Shown piece by piece: positions 9,939 through 19,793 of a stretch of DNA of 64,000 nucleotides. Under the pieces are notes generated by a model that was given only the letters and a program-made list of their open reading frames with translations, did not search any database and was not told the DNA's origin. This DNA comes from an uncultured virus (IMG/VR IMGVR_UViG_3300022907_001216) (taxonomy: Duplodnaviria; Heunggongvirae; Uroviricota; Caudoviricetes): IMG/VR virus record IMGVR_UViG_3300022907_001216; one strand, written 5' to 3'. Each line of letters begins with the position of its first letter. Position 1 is the stretch's first letter. The translations under genes and the position numbers were made by a program.

Positions 9939-9967
9939 ATTATATAGCATCAAAAAATATCTGTCAA
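9939..9967 (-). promoter_or_regulatory. Sigma70-type promoter, perfect consensus, probably leaderless
   Basis: Minus strand TTGACA (9967-9962), N17, TATAAT (9944-9939), N6, ATG (9932). Confidence 0.85.
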
Positions 9968-9981
9968 TCGCTATCTGACCG

Positions 9982-9999
9982 ATAAATATAGTATAGGAG
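9982..9999 (+). promoter_or_regulatory. T4-late-like promoter box plus Shine-Dalgarno
   Basis: ATAAATA at 9982-9988, AGGAG at 9995-9999, ATG at 10006. Confidence 0.65.
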
Positions 10000-10005
10000 A
10001 TTAGT

Positions 10006-11808
10006 ATGGAATTATACGAAGGCGGTCAATACAGAATTGATATTGTAGGATCCGACAGTTCTATTATTATAGATAGTCAGCAAGGAGTCTTGAGAGCAAA
10101 CGTTATCGGTTCTGACAACACTGTTTTACTAGATAGTGAAACAAGAACTTTGGTTGGCAATGTTACAGGAGATGTCACAGGTAACTTGACTGGCAAAGTT
10201 TCAGGTAATTTACAAGGCGAATTTGTAGACCAATACGATAACAGATTAATTGATACATCAGGAGTTTACATTCCTCTTCATTCAGATTTATATTATAATG
10301 ATACTGTAAAAGCCTATGATAAATCCACTAATACATTTACAGGAAGATTTGTTGGTACATTACGCAACGAAAACAATGAAGTAGTTTTTGATAGCACTGG
10401 AAACGGAGCAGTAACTTTTGAATCAACTGGTAACTTGAACAGCACTGGTGGCTTAACAATAGTTGATACAGATGATAGAACTGTGCTTGCCGATTTGTTA
10501 GATAACGATGGTAATACCCGTTATTCAAGAGATAGCGGATTATTTCAAGGATACTTTAAAGGAAATATTTTAGCAAGTGACGGATCAACTCTAATTGAAC
10601 ATTCAGAAAAAATGTTCTTTGGAAAACTAAATGGAGATATTACTAATCCAGCAGGACAAGTTGTGTTAGATCATGAAACACAAACTCTCACTGGAAAACT
10701 TGTTGGCAATATTGTTAGTAACGACGGTGAAGTTATTTTATCTAACTCAGAAAGAAAGTTTTATGGTACATTAGTTGGTAATATAGAAAACGCTGACGGT
10801 GTTTCTATATACAACAAATATGATAATATTTTGCATTCAACTAATCTACATGGAAATTTAGTTGGACATATTCAAAATACAGACGGAAGTGATATATTTA
10901 ATTCCTCAACAGGAGTATTCAGCTTTCCTATCACTGCCACACTCAAAGGTAATATTATAGATGTAGACGATGATATAGTTTTAAATATTAACACAAGAAC
11001 ATTAACTATGGAGAGTATTGTAACAAACAATATTAGCGGTAATCTTGCTGGATCGCTTAGAGGTAATATTTACGATTCTGATGGATTAATGATGTACGAT
11101 AGTACATTAGGACACATATCTAATACATCTTTTAATGGCTATATCTATGATAATAACAACTTAGAAGTTTTTGATCCTTTACAAAATGTTATTTCAACAA
11201 AAACTTTGTATAGTGATAACGTAGTAGCAACTGCTATTGACTTAGATGCTGTAGTTGTAGACCAAGATGGTGTATTAGTAAATGTCCAATCTGCGTATAG
11301 TAATCCAGCATTTACAGGAAGATTTTTTAGAGAACAACAACCAAACAATATTCCTGATTGGTTTCAACAAGGTATCAGATTAGAAGCAATTGGCGGATCA
11401 TGGCTGGATCCAAACCCAATTTCAGCAGGAACAAAACTACCAGCAGTAGCATGGGTAGGTGCTATTAAAATTAATGAAAATTTTGAAGATAGCACAGAAG
11501 ATCCTGACGATGAAGAAAAAATGGTTGCTGTTGCTGGTATGTATGGATACATTCCAGATGATGCTGAATTTGATTTAAATGCCGGAGAGCATAGAGGATG
11601 CCCGGGAGAACTTTGGTTTGTTACCCAATCGCCGACATATGGAACAAATTATATGAAGTTTGACGCAAACGGTCAGCTTTCAACCGAATTAAAAGAATTT
11701 AAAGTTCATGGAGAAACAGGGGTAACACCAAGCAACACTAGTACGCCTGATAGTTGGTTACAAGCAACTGTTAACGGCGAAACTAAATTTATCCCGCTTT
11801 ACAGCTAA
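10006..11808 (+). CDS. Repeat-rich fibre/shaft-like virion protein (putative)
   Basis: About 10 repeats of roughly 22 aa of the form (F/L)xGxLxGNI..xDG. C-terminal TPDSWLQATVNGETKFIPLY resembles phage fibre ends. Late-type promoter and strong SD upstream. Confidence 0.6.
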   Translation: MELYEGGQYRIDIVGSDSSIIIDSQQGVLRANVIGSDNTVLLDSETRTLVGNVTGDVTGNLTGKVSGNLQGEFVDQYDNRLIDTSGVYIPLHSDLYYNDTVKAYDKSTNTFTGRFVGTLRNENNEVVFDSTGNGAVTFESTGNLNSTGGLTIVDTDDRTVLADLLDNDGNTRYSRDSGLFQGYFKGNILASDGSTLIEHSEKMFFGKLNGDITNPAGQVVLDHETQTLTGKLVGNIVSNDGEVILSNSERKFYGTLVGNIENADGVSIYNKYDNILHSTNLHGNLVGHIQNTDGSDIFNSSTGVFSFPITATLKGNIIDVDDDIVLNINTRTLTMESIVTNNISGNLAGSLRGNIYDSDGLMMYDSTLGHISNTSFNGYIYDNNNLEVFDPLQNVISTKTLYSDNVVATAIDLDAVVVDQDGVLVNVQSAYSNPAFTGRFFREQQPNNIPDWFQQGIRLEAIGGSWLDPNPISAGTKLPAVAWVGAIKINENFEDSTEDPDDEEKMVAVAGMYGYIPDDAEFDLNAGEHRGCPGELWFVTQSPTYGTNYMKFDANGQLSTELKEFKVHGETGVTPSNTSTPDSWLQATVNGETKFIPLYS

Positions 11809-12476
11809 TGTTTGAATATTATTACAACACAGTGCCAGGCAAAGGCCTGTGTAGAAATAATCTTGTATATACAAGCAAGATAGACAGACAAAATAATCTG
11901 TTTAGTGTTCATTACACAGTAGACCAAACCTATCACAAAAACGAATGTTTGCCTCAAAGTGTTCTAAACGAAAAATGGCGTAGAGAATTCAAGTATACAT
12001 TAGAAGCACCACATACACTTGATGTTAAAGAACTAGATAGTGTAAAACGTAGAATTATTTTTAATATAGAAGATGATGATTTTTGGCAACTTGCGGATTG
12101 CGACTACCGTAACTTTGCCAAAGTATTGCCAGACTGGCAAGAACAAATGCTTACTATATTACAAGACTATAGAAATAAAGGCATTTGGAAATACAGTTTA
12201 CATCCGAGTAGTTTTTTTATTATAGACGGACAGTTAAGAACTGTTAATCATTTTTTCTGCTACAGCGATGAAGAACAAGAAGTTAGTATAGAAAGTGTAC
12301 TTGATCATATTAGCAAAGATAGACAAGCAAAACTTTTTGAATATTTAAATTCTAACGGAATAGATCCAAGTAAAACATTTTCGTTTAAGTTTTATGGAGG
12401 CGTAGTTTTAGATAATTTTAGCGGAGATTATCCTAGTGATTTTATTGATAAAGCAAAGAAAATTTATCTGGCATAA
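11808..12476 (+). CDS. Hypothetical protein, possible degenerate protein-kinase-like fold
   Basis: EKWRRE helix and GIWKYSLHPSSFFIIDGQLRTVNHF, spaced like the kinase HxDxxxxN...DFG region but without its catalytic residues. Confidence 0.4.
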   Translation: MFEYYYNTVPGKGLCRNNLVYTSKIDRQNNLFSVHYTVDQTYHKNECLPQSVLNEKWRREFKYTLEAPHTLDVKELDSVKRRIIFNIEDDDFWQLADCDYRNFAKVLPDWQEQMLTILQDYRNKGIWKYSLHPSSFFIIDGQLRTVNHFFCYSDEEQEVSIESVLDHISKDRQAKLFEYLNSNGIDPSKTFSFKFYGGVVLDNFSGDYPSDFIDKAKKIYLA

Positions 12477-13098
12477 CATCAACTAAATGATTAATCCAAA
12501 AAGAATTTGTTAAAAATTTGACACCTGTTGAAGTAATTTCAAAATTATTCATTGCTTGGCGTAAATTAATTTCATTTAACAATGGTGAAATGTATTTGTC
12601 AAAAACAAAACGTGGATTTTCTCCTCCGGCTACAATTTCAACTGGATCTGTTACCCAATCGCTACGTTTTAACAAACAACGTACAACTAATTGATATCTT
12701 GGGTATTGTCCAAAATTAGCAGCACTATGATTGCGACCAGCATCCATTAAATAGTATTTGCCATCTGCTTCTAATGGATACATATGATTATTGTGTAAAT
12801 CAATAAGAGCTGCATTGTCGCCTGATATGTTTAAATGATATCTATTATCAATATCACTATGGGCAAAATAGCACGTACCAGACTCTTGTTTAACAATTCT
12901 TGCTTCACCGGTATTTTTTAAAGGTAATAATAGTTTTTCAAATATAGTATCTTTATACTCAGGCAGTATTTCCCAAGAATCATAAAAGAAATCTCCAGTA
13001 GGTTTATTTAAAACTGTTTTACCTTCCATTGTTTTACACAACTCAAATGCTTGTTGTACTTCTTCAAGACTAATTTTGTATTCAGTGTTACTAATCAT
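12442..13098 (-). CDS. Fe(II)/2OG oxygenase, aspartyl/asparaginyl beta-hydroxylase-like
   Basis: ARIV...AHSD...RYHLNI...HSAANFG...R (HxD...H facial triad plus distal Arg). Confidence 0.7.
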   Translation of the reverse strand: MISNTEYKISLEEVQQAFELCKTMEGKTVLNKPTGDFFYDSWEILPEYKDTIFEKLLLPLKNTGEARIVKQESGTCYFAHSDIDNRYHLNISGDNAALIDLHNNHMYPLEADGKYYLMDAGRNHSAANFGQYPRYQLVVRCLLKRSDWVTDPVEIVAGGENPRFVFDKYISPLLNEINLRQAMNNFEITSTGVKFLTNSFWINHLVDVMPDKFSLLYQ

Positions 13099-13102
13099 AC
13101 TG

Positions 13103-13119
13103 TATTTAATATATAAGTA
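13103..13119. promoter_or_regulatory. Back-to-back late-type promoter boxes, both apparently leaderless
   Basis: Minus: TTAAATA (13109-13103), N4, ATG (13098). Plus: TATAAGTA (13112-13119), N5, ATG (13125). The intergenic gap is only 26 bp. Confidence 0.65.
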
Positions 13120-13124
13120 GTTGT

Positions 13125-13931
13125 ATGATACGAGGTTTCGAAAACTTACCTTACATTGACCTAGATCCTTTTTTAGATATAGACGGTTTTAAAAAATTAA
13201 ATGCGGAAATATGTAGAGGTATGGCTCAAGCACGACTATTTGCCAAAGAAGGCACATGGATGCCAGCAGGATTTGATTTAAAAGACATGAGCTATATAGG
13301 CAACTGGAAGCCAGTATACAAAGCCTATGAAGAATATCAAGCATTAGAACCAAATAATCCGATACGTATTGAAGGTGATAAAATATTTCCTAAAGATTTT
13401 ACCAACTATATAGAACGTAATCAATTTGTAAGATATTTAAAAAGTGCTATGGGCGCACACGATCCATACACTTACTATGTTTTACAAGAAGAAGGCACCA
13501 ATATGAAAGACAGAGGTTTGGAACAAAGAGCCGCAACAGACGAAAGTGCCTACTTTCCAGGCGTTATGGATTGGATAGCACAACTAAAGGAACAATCAAT
13601 TGTAGAACACGTAGGTAGAGTCATGTTTTTTGTAAGTGAAGCAAGTAGTAGGCCCTTTGAGCATAGAGATTTAGATCCAGAAGTAAAAGACTATACTGAT
13701 CACAATATTGAGTTTATTCATATACGTCCAAACACCAAGCGTGGCTTTTATATTTGGGATCCAGAGCACAAACGCAAGCATTATGTAAATTCTCATGCTT
13801 GTTTTTTCAACGACCAAGACTGGCATGGCGGTGAGCATAGTATGGAACAAGAATATGGATTGCGTATTGATTGTAAATTCACACAAGAATTCAAAGAACG
13901 CATAGGAATAGGACACTTGACACATTACTAA
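13125..13931 (+). CDS. Putative Fe(II)/2OG oxygenase (cupin/DSBH fold)
   Basis: GRVMFF...EHRD...FFNDQDWHGG...LRID (HxD...H...R). Confidence 0.55.
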   Translation: MIRGFENLPYIDLDPFLDIDGFKKLNAEICRGMAQARLFAKEGTWMPAGFDLKDMSYIGNWKPVYKAYEEYQALEPNNPIRIEGDKIFPKDFTNYIERNQFVRYLKSAMGAHDPYTYYVLQEEGTNMKDRGLEQRAATDESAYFPGVMDWIAQLKEQSIVEHVGRVMFFVSEASSRPFEHRDLDPEVKDYTDHNIEFIHIRPNTKRGFYIWDPEHKRKHYVNSHACFFNDQDWHGGEHSMEQEYGLRIDCKFTQEFKERIGIGHLTHY

Positions 13932-13944
13932 ACTGTGTTATAAT
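13917..13944 (+). promoter_or_regulatory. Sigma70-type promoter with extended -10, probably leaderless
   Basis: TTGACA (13917-13922), N16, TATAAT (13939-13944) preceded by TGn, then N5 and ATG (13950). Confidence 0.8.
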
Positions 13945-13949
13945 ATATT

Positions 13950-14645
13950 ATGGTAATCGATGGCGTAACAATACCACTACAAAAAGAATGGAAACGTATT
14001 GGCATTAGTCTAAGTGGCGGTGCTGACAGTGCTTTGCTGGCTTACTTTGTGTTGAGTAACACAAATGCTGATATCTACTTTACCACACAGGTGCGTATGT
14101 GGAAAACACGCCCTTGGCAACGTTGGATTGCTAGAGATGTGGTAAGTTGGTTCCGTGAAAAGTTTAACAATCGTATCGAACACATAGAAGGCTTTATACC
14201 GCCAGAGATGGAAGAGCCACACACAACACATATTACAGACGAGTATGGGCAAAACAAGCCCGGAAACAGAATTATACTACGAGCTCACAATGAATACATA
14301 GCACATTTACACAAACTTGACGCATGGTATGCTGCTGTTACCCTAAATCCAGATGAAAAGTTTGAAGGTGCTCCTGAGGATAGAGAATATGCTAGACTAC
14401 CTATTGAAACAGAACATATGGGTGTAACAGTTTGTCATCCATTTAGTGTAGTACGCAAAAATTGGATAATCAAGCAATATGTTGATAATGAAATTGGCGA
14501 ACTATTGGAAATAACACGTAGTTGTGAAGGCGAATTTGAAGGGCTAGACTATACAACATACAAACCCTATCAAAGAGTTCCATACTGTAATGAATGTTTT
14601 TGGTGTAAAGAACGTGAATGGGGTATTATCAATGCATCCAAGTAA
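13950..14645 (+). CDS. QueC-like PP-loop ATPase (adenine nucleotide alpha-hydrolase superfamily)
   Basis: SLSGGADS PP-loop; C-terminal TRSC...CNECFWCKER zinc-site-like motif. Confidence 0.7.
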   Translation: MVIDGVTIPLQKEWKRIGISLSGGADSALLAYFVLSNTNADIYFTTQVRMWKTRPWQRWIARDVVSWFREKFNNRIEHIEGFIPPEMEEPHTTHITDEYGQNKPGNRIILRAHNEYIAHLHKLDAWYAAVTLNPDEKFEGAPEDREYARLPIETEHMGVTVCHPFSVVRKNWIIKQYVDNEIGELLEITRSCEGEFEGLDYTTYKPYQRVPYCNECFWCKEREWGIINASK

Positions 14646-15897
14646 AACTTTTTGCTTACATCCGTTTACAGGACTTGCTACTAGAGAAGATGGTGCTATC
14701 AAAGTATGTTGTCGTAGTTTACCTATTGGATGGATACAAGATAGTACTTTGGAAGAAGTTTGGAATAATGGTACAATGCGTGAAGTACGTAAACAAGTGC
14801 TTTCAAATGAGAGACCAGACGTTTGTGCCCCGTGTTTTAACTTAGAGGATCAAGGTGTCGAGAGTTTAAGACAAAGGCACATACGTGATAGCTTTCCCGA
14901 AGCACGAATAAACTTATATCCTGATGCGCTTGAATCGTTACGTACAGATTGGAGTATGCCATTTGAATTTCCTACAATAGAAATAAAAATTAATAACTTA
15001 TGTAATTTAAAATGCCGCATGTGTAATCCTTTAGATAGCACACAATGGAAAGACTGGAAAGAAGTTGAAAACTTTTATAAGGATGAAGGAAATTATCTAT
15101 ACGATACAGTAAGAAAACTAGGACTTACTGAAGCTCCTTATATTGATTTATTTAATGACAAAGTAGATTTTTGGAATAACATTGAAAAACTATTACCTTA
15201 TTTCCGTAGAGTAGAGTTTGCTGGCGGAGAGCCATTAATGGACCCTACACATTATCGTATATTGGATATGTTAGCACCGTATGGAAAAAACATAGAGATA
15301 AAATATGCTACAAACGGCACAGTGACTGGTATAAAAGGCGGAAGGACAATACACGACTATTGGCCTAAGTTTAGGAAAGTAAGTGTTAATGTAAGCATAG
15401 ACGGTATACACGATGTATACGATCATATAAGAGGCAACGGTGACTTTACACAAGTAGAAGAAACAGTAAAAATATTCCAAAGTTTTCCTAATGTTGATTA
15501 TGTTGTAGGAGCATGTACAGTACAAGCAGGAAATGCTTTACAATTATCTGATATAATTGATTACTTTTTAAACAAAATGGGCATTGTGTTTTACTCGCAT
15601 AGAGTAAACTATCCAAACGTATTAAGTGCGCAATGCTTACCAAACAAATATAAGACAAGAATTATACGGCAACTAGAGATGCTTAAAGCACAAGTAGTTG
15701 ACTACCCTATTATGAGCGTAGACAAAAGATTACTGCCTATTACACTACAACAGATACAGGACAATATTAACTTTTTGACTGCTAGAGATTTAAGCGACAA
15801 GTGGCCGCAAACTTTAGAGTTCAATCGCAGACTTGATGTGAGTCGCGGACAAAGAAGTTTTGAAAGTTTGATAGATGATTACGCAAGTTACAAATAA
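14632..15897 (+). CDS. Radical SAM protein with N-terminal twitch domain (type C)
   Basis: FCLHPF...KVCC...WN...CAPC; CNLKCRMC; FAGGEP. Start moved to MHPSKTFC at 14632 by comparison with paralogs. Confidence 0.9.
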   Translation: MHPSKTFCLHPFTGLATREDGAIKVCCRSLPIGWIQDSTLEEVWNNGTMREVRKQVLSNERPDVCAPCFNLEDQGVESLRQRHIRDSFPEARINLYPDALESLRTDWSMPFEFPTIEIKINNLCNLKCRMCNPLDSTQWKDWKEVENFYKDEGNYLYDTVRKLGLTEAPYIDLFNDKVDFWNNIEKLLPYFRRVEFAGGEPLMDPTHYRILDMLAPYGKNIEIKYATNGTVTGIKGGRTIHDYWPKFRKVSVNVSIDGIHDVYDHIRGNGDFTQVEETVKIFQSFPNVDYVVGACTVQAGNALQLSDIIDYFLNKMGIVFYSHRVNYPNVLSAQCLPNKYKTRIIRQLEMLKAQVVDYPIMSVDKRLLPITLQQIQDNINFLTARDLSDKWPQTLEFNRRLDVSRGQRSFESLIDDYASYK

Positions 15898-16819
15898 TAT
15901 CAATAACGATACGTTAATGATAGATATGAGTATTGGTAATATTTGTAATTATCAATGCTGGTATTGCTTTAAGGGCGCACACGAAGGTAATCACAAATGG
16001 TTTAATTACGATATATTAATTAAAAATACAGATAGACTGCTTAATTGGTATAAAAATCAAGGTAAAACTAAATTTGACATTCATTTTGTAGGAGGTGAAC
16101 CAACACACTGGCCAAAACTTCTTGATTATATTAAATATCTTAAGGACAATTACAACTGTTTAATCAGCATGACTAGCAATGGCAGTAAAAAATTAGACTT
16201 ATGGAATAAATTTGCCAAATATTTTGACAAAATACACCTAAGCTATCATTATAGACAAGCAAATTTACAATCGTTTATTAATGTTGCTGATTTATTGTAT
16301 AAGAACAAAGTTATTGTAAGTGCTAGTGTAATGATGGATCCTTTGGATTGGGACAAATGTATTTTAGCTATTGAAAAAATGAAGAAAAGCAAGTACCGCT
16401 GGACTATTAGATATTCAGAAATTTTAAGCAATAAAGAATATACAGAAAAACAAAAGATTATTTTAAAGAAACATAAAGCTCGTAGTGCTAATCCTTTATG
16501 GTTTTTTATTAATAACAAATATAAATCAACTAAAATATATGTAGACAAAAAACGTGTGCCAGACAATTATATTTTAGTAAATAAACTTAATAAGTTCAAA
16601 GGATGGAAATGTAATTTAGGACTAGACTGGATACACATTAGTCCAAACGGTGAATTAAGTGGAACATGTGGACAACATTTATTTGGCAAAGATAAAAATT
16701 ATAATTTTAGACAAAAAACATTTTATAAAAAATTTAATCCTACGTTACAACCTGTTGTTTGTACTCAATGCGAATGTAATTGTATGCCGGAGACTAATAT
16801 TACTAAATGTTTAGTGTAG
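15875..16819 (+). CDS. Radical SAM protein, type B
   Basis: CNYQCWYC; GGEPT; TSNGS; FKGWKCNLG...C...CTQCECNC. Confidence 0.9.
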   Translation: MITQVTNNINNDTLMIDMSIGNICNYQCWYCFKGAHEGNHKWFNYDILIKNTDRLLNWYKNQGKTKFDIHFVGGEPTHWPKLLDYIKYLKDNYNCLISMTSNGSKKLDLWNKFAKYFDKIHLSYHYRQANLQSFINVADLLYKNKVIVSASVMMDPLDWDKCILAIEKMKKSKYRWTIRYSEILSNKEYTEKQKIILKKHKARSANPLWFFINNKYKSTKIYVDKKRVPDNYILVNKLNKFKGWKCNLGLDWIHISPNGELSGTCGQHLFGKDKNYNFRQKTFYKKFNPTLQPVVCTQCECNCMPETNITKCLV

Positions 16820-17703
16820 AAAATAGGTGGCCGCACTATAGAGATAGTGTTAAAGTTGAGTGGAATTTAGGTAAACGTTGTAACCTAGACTGTTCATACT
16901 GTCCTCCTGAAATACATGATCAACATAGTCCTCATACAAACATAGGTAAACTGTTTGAAACAGTAGATACACTTTCTCAAATCAAAAATGTACGTATTAG
17001 TTTTACAGGTGGTGAACCGTGCGTTCATCCTCAGTTTGAATATTTGATTGAGTATGCTCGTCCTAAAATTAATTGGTTAAGTGTTACAACTAACGCTACT
17101 AGAAAAGCAGAATACTACTTACAACTGCCAGTCAATTACATAGTGTTCAGCTTACATATTGAAGATAAAGACTGGCGTAAAAGACTTGACACTATTTTAT
17201 ATTTTGCTGGCACAGTAGGTGGTATAAAACATTCTAAAGACTTTCATGTAATGATAATGGCACATCACGAGTTAATGAAAGAAGTAAAACTAGCAACTAG
17301 ATTACTTACTGAACATAATATTGCTTTTAGTATTAGACGCATACGATGGACCGAACGTCATGACTGGTTTGACGATATGCGGTATGAACTTAAAGATTTA
17401 GAATGGATAAAAAGCACAGAAACAACAGCTAAACCTAACACTCTTGTTGACAGTAAAGATTTGATGCACACAAACGATTTACTTAAAGAAAAATTAAATA
17501 TGTTTAAGGGATGGCAATGTAGAGCTGGTATAGAAAGTTTAATGATAAATTGGGATGGAGAAGTACATAGAGCTACATGTAGAGTTGGTGGAAGTTTAGG
17601 AAACATATATAATGGAAGTTTTGAACGTCCCGATGTTCCTATAATTTGTACTAGAGATTGGTGTACATGTGCTGCTGATGTGAATATAACTAAATGGAAG
17701 TAG
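16807..17703 (+). CDS. Radical SAM protein, type B
   Basis: CNLDCSYC; TGGEP; FKGWQCRAG...C...CTRDWCTCAAD. Confidence 0.9.
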   Translation: MFSVENRWPHYRDSVKVEWNLGKRCNLDCSYCPPEIHDQHSPHTNIGKLFETVDTLSQIKNVRISFTGGEPCVHPQFEYLIEYARPKINWLSVTTNATRKAEYYLQLPVNYIVFSLHIEDKDWRKRLDTILYFAGTVGGIKHSKDFHVMIMAHHELMKEVKLATRLLTEHNIAFSIRRIRWTERHDWFDDMRYELKDLEWIKSTETTAKPNTLVDSKDLMHTNDLLKEKLNMFKGWQCRAGIESLMINWDGEVHRATCRVGGSLGNIYNGSFERPDVPIICTRDWCTCAADVNITKWK

Positions 17704-18746
17704 ATGCTATAAAATTAACCAATCCTGAACCTATGATGGTTACATGGGATATTGGTAGACGTTGTAATTTTGATTGTACTTACTGCGAAAGCACTAGGCA
17801 TAACACTTATAGCCCGCCTACAAGTTGGAATGAATTATGTGACACATTGTCATTTGTTAAACAATACACATCATTATATAAACAACCAAATGCTAATATA
17901 GGATTTACCGGAGGGGAACCAACAGTTAATCCAAAGTTTTGGGACTTTGTAGAAAAAATAAACAATGAAACTGAGTTTCAAGTTGGCATGACCAGCAACG
18001 GCACATGGCCAGAAAAGCATATTGATTTTATTAAGCAAAACTTTGTAGGCATAACACTAAGTTATCATGCCGAAGCAGCACTTTTTAGTAAAGAACGCAC
18101 AGTAAATAACGCTATATTAGTACATGACGCAGGTATTTGGAATACAGTAAATGTAATGATGCACGCTGATCACTGGAATGAATGTGTAGAAGTACATGAA
18201 AAATTAAAGGCGCACGGTATTGATAGCAAACCAACGATAATAGGCGACGGGATAGTAGGAATTACAGATTGGTTTGAGGATACTGAAGGTGTCAAACGCA
18301 GGACCAGTCATCCTTATACAATAGAACAGCAACAATGGTATCTTAAAGAAAAAGGTTTGTCAATTGATTTAGTTGAACGTGTAAAAGAAGGATATGAATT
18401 GCCTAGAGGCTGTTGTGGTGCTAGAAGTATACAAGGAAGCTGTAACGGATGCTGGAATAAAGTAGAAGCTGTGAACACTAATTTTAAAGATTGGTATTGT
18501 GCTGTAAACAAGTATTTTTTACATATTGATCAACATACAGGAAAAGTTTATCATCACCAAACTTGTCAAACAAGTTTTAGTGGACGAAAAGGCCCAATAG
18601 GACGTTTAAGTAATCCTGATGGAATATTAAATTATGCCTATGAAAATCGCGATAGAATAATAAAATGTCCACACAATAGATGCGGTTGCGGTATGTGTGT
18701 ACCTAAAGCTAAGTCACTTGAAGTTTTTCAACAAATTGTTCGCTAG
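17694..18746 (+). CDS. Radical SAM protein, type B with extra Cys insertion (B2)
   Basis: CNFDCTYC; TGGEPT; RGCCG...CNGC; WYCAV; CPHNRCGCGMCVPKA. Close paralog of 21620..22675. Confidence 0.9.
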   Translation: MEVDAIKLTNPEPMMVTWDIGRRCNFDCTYCESTRHNTYSPPTSWNELCDTLSFVKQYTSLYKQPNANIGFTGGEPTVNPKFWDFVEKINNETEFQVGMTSNGTWPEKHIDFIKQNFVGITLSYHAEAALFSKERTVNNAILVHDAGIWNTVNVMMHADHWNECVEVHEKLKAHGIDSKPTIIGDGIVGITDWFEDTEGVKRRTSHPYTIEQQQWYLKEKGLSIDLVERVKEGYELPRGCCGARSIQGSCNGCWNKVEAVNTNFKDWYCAVNKYFLHIDQHTGKVYHHQTCQTSFSGRKGPIGRLSNPDGILNYAYENRDRIIKCPHNRCGCGMCVPKAKSLEVFQQIVR

Positions 18747-19755
18747 GTGTAGCAACTAAATTTCCGCAAGTCCTAGCACAAGTATATAATTTTTGCGTAG
18801 TCCAGTAACGTTTCCATACACTTGTGTAACCAGGCTTACTTATAATATTTTTTATCGAAGTATTTTTTAAATTTGTATTACCCATATCAAATATAAGGTT
18901 TTCATATTGAGCTTTTGTTATCTCTTTAGCTTCGTATAATGGATCTTTTTTATTATGCCAATTATAAGGAATACTGGCTAAGAAACAGCAAGGCATTAAA
19001 TCAAGATGCGCATCAATGTAAACTTCGCACTGCTTTTTAGCCCAACAATCAATAATTGTTTGATCTACTAAAGTAGGTATAAGTTCAGGAGAAATAGGAC
19101 TTACTTCTTGGTATGGTTCTAATGTATCCACAGTTTTACCAAATTTATTTAATACCGCAAATTTATCATCAAAAGCAAAACGGCTGCTATCTTTAACTGT
19201 AAAATATTTAAATCCATAATACTTAGAAACTTCTTTTGCTGCCGATACTTGATGCGCATTGTGTTTAAACCTTATCATACTCCATTCGGCAGTACCGCCT
19301 GCTGCTATAAACGAACGAGCGTTGTCAATTATTTTATTGAAATCTGTGTTTATTCGATATCTGCTGTGTGTATCAGCTAAACCGTCTAACGCAAATACAA
19401 CTTTGTGTGCTGCTGGCAAATGGTTTGGTAATTCTTTCCAAAATGTGTGATTACGTAAACTACCATTAGTATGTATATCAATATAAATATCGTCGTTTTT
19501 AACATAATCAAGCATTTTTACTAAATGAAAATTAAGCAACGGATCGCCAAAATTACCACAAAATGTTATTTTTTCTATTTGTTGTTTTACTTCTTCTGTA
19601 AATATATGTATAAAGTCTTCAATAGTCCAATCGCTTTCTGTAAGTAAAGGATTTCCTATTCCGCCATGGTGGTTACGGCTACACATAGGACACTGTGCCT
19701 GACAACGATTTGATATTTCTATGTGGACGCTTTTGAGATCTGTAAAACTAAACAC
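18709..19755 (-). CDS. Radical SAM protein with C-terminal twitch-like domain (type A)
   Basis: GTG start; CQAQCPMC; CGNFGDP; HTNGS; FALDGL; LMPCC...CARTC. Confidence 0.9.
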   Translation of the reverse strand: MFSFTDLKSVHIEISNRCQAQCPMCSRNHHGGIGNPLLTESDWTIEDFIHIFTEEVKQQIEKITFCGNFGDPLLNFHLVKMLDYVKNDDIYIDIHTNGSLRNHTFWKELPNHLPAAHKVVFALDGLADTHSRYRINTDFNKIIDNARSFIAAGGTAEWSMIRFKHNAHQVSAAKEVSKYYGFKYFTVKDSSRFAFDDKFAVLNKFGKTVDTLEPYQEVSPISPELIPTLVDQTIIDCWAKKQCEVYIDAHLDLMPCCFLASIPYNWHNKKDPLYEAKEITKAQYENLIFDMGNTNLKNTSIKNIISKPGYTSVWKRYWTTQKLYTCARTCGNLVATPSEQFVEKLQVT

Positions 19756-19759
19756 TTTT

Positions 19760-19789
19760 TATTTATATGCGTAGTTAATGATATAAATA
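19760..19789. promoter_or_regulatory. Divergent pair of perfect TATAAATA late-type promoters, both apparently leaderless
   Basis: Minus: TATAAATA (19767-19760), N4, GTG (19755). Plus: TATAAATA (19782-19789), N4, ATG (19794). Confidence 0.75.
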
Positions 19790-19793
19790 CCAT

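Noticed and set aside
13950..16819. Canonical queuosine or 7-deazaguanine DNA-modification operon (queC plus queE)
   Set aside because: The neighbouring radical SAM proteins have twitch/SPASM-like Cys domains unlike QueE, and no folE, queD or dpdA is in the window. Kept only as QueC-like.
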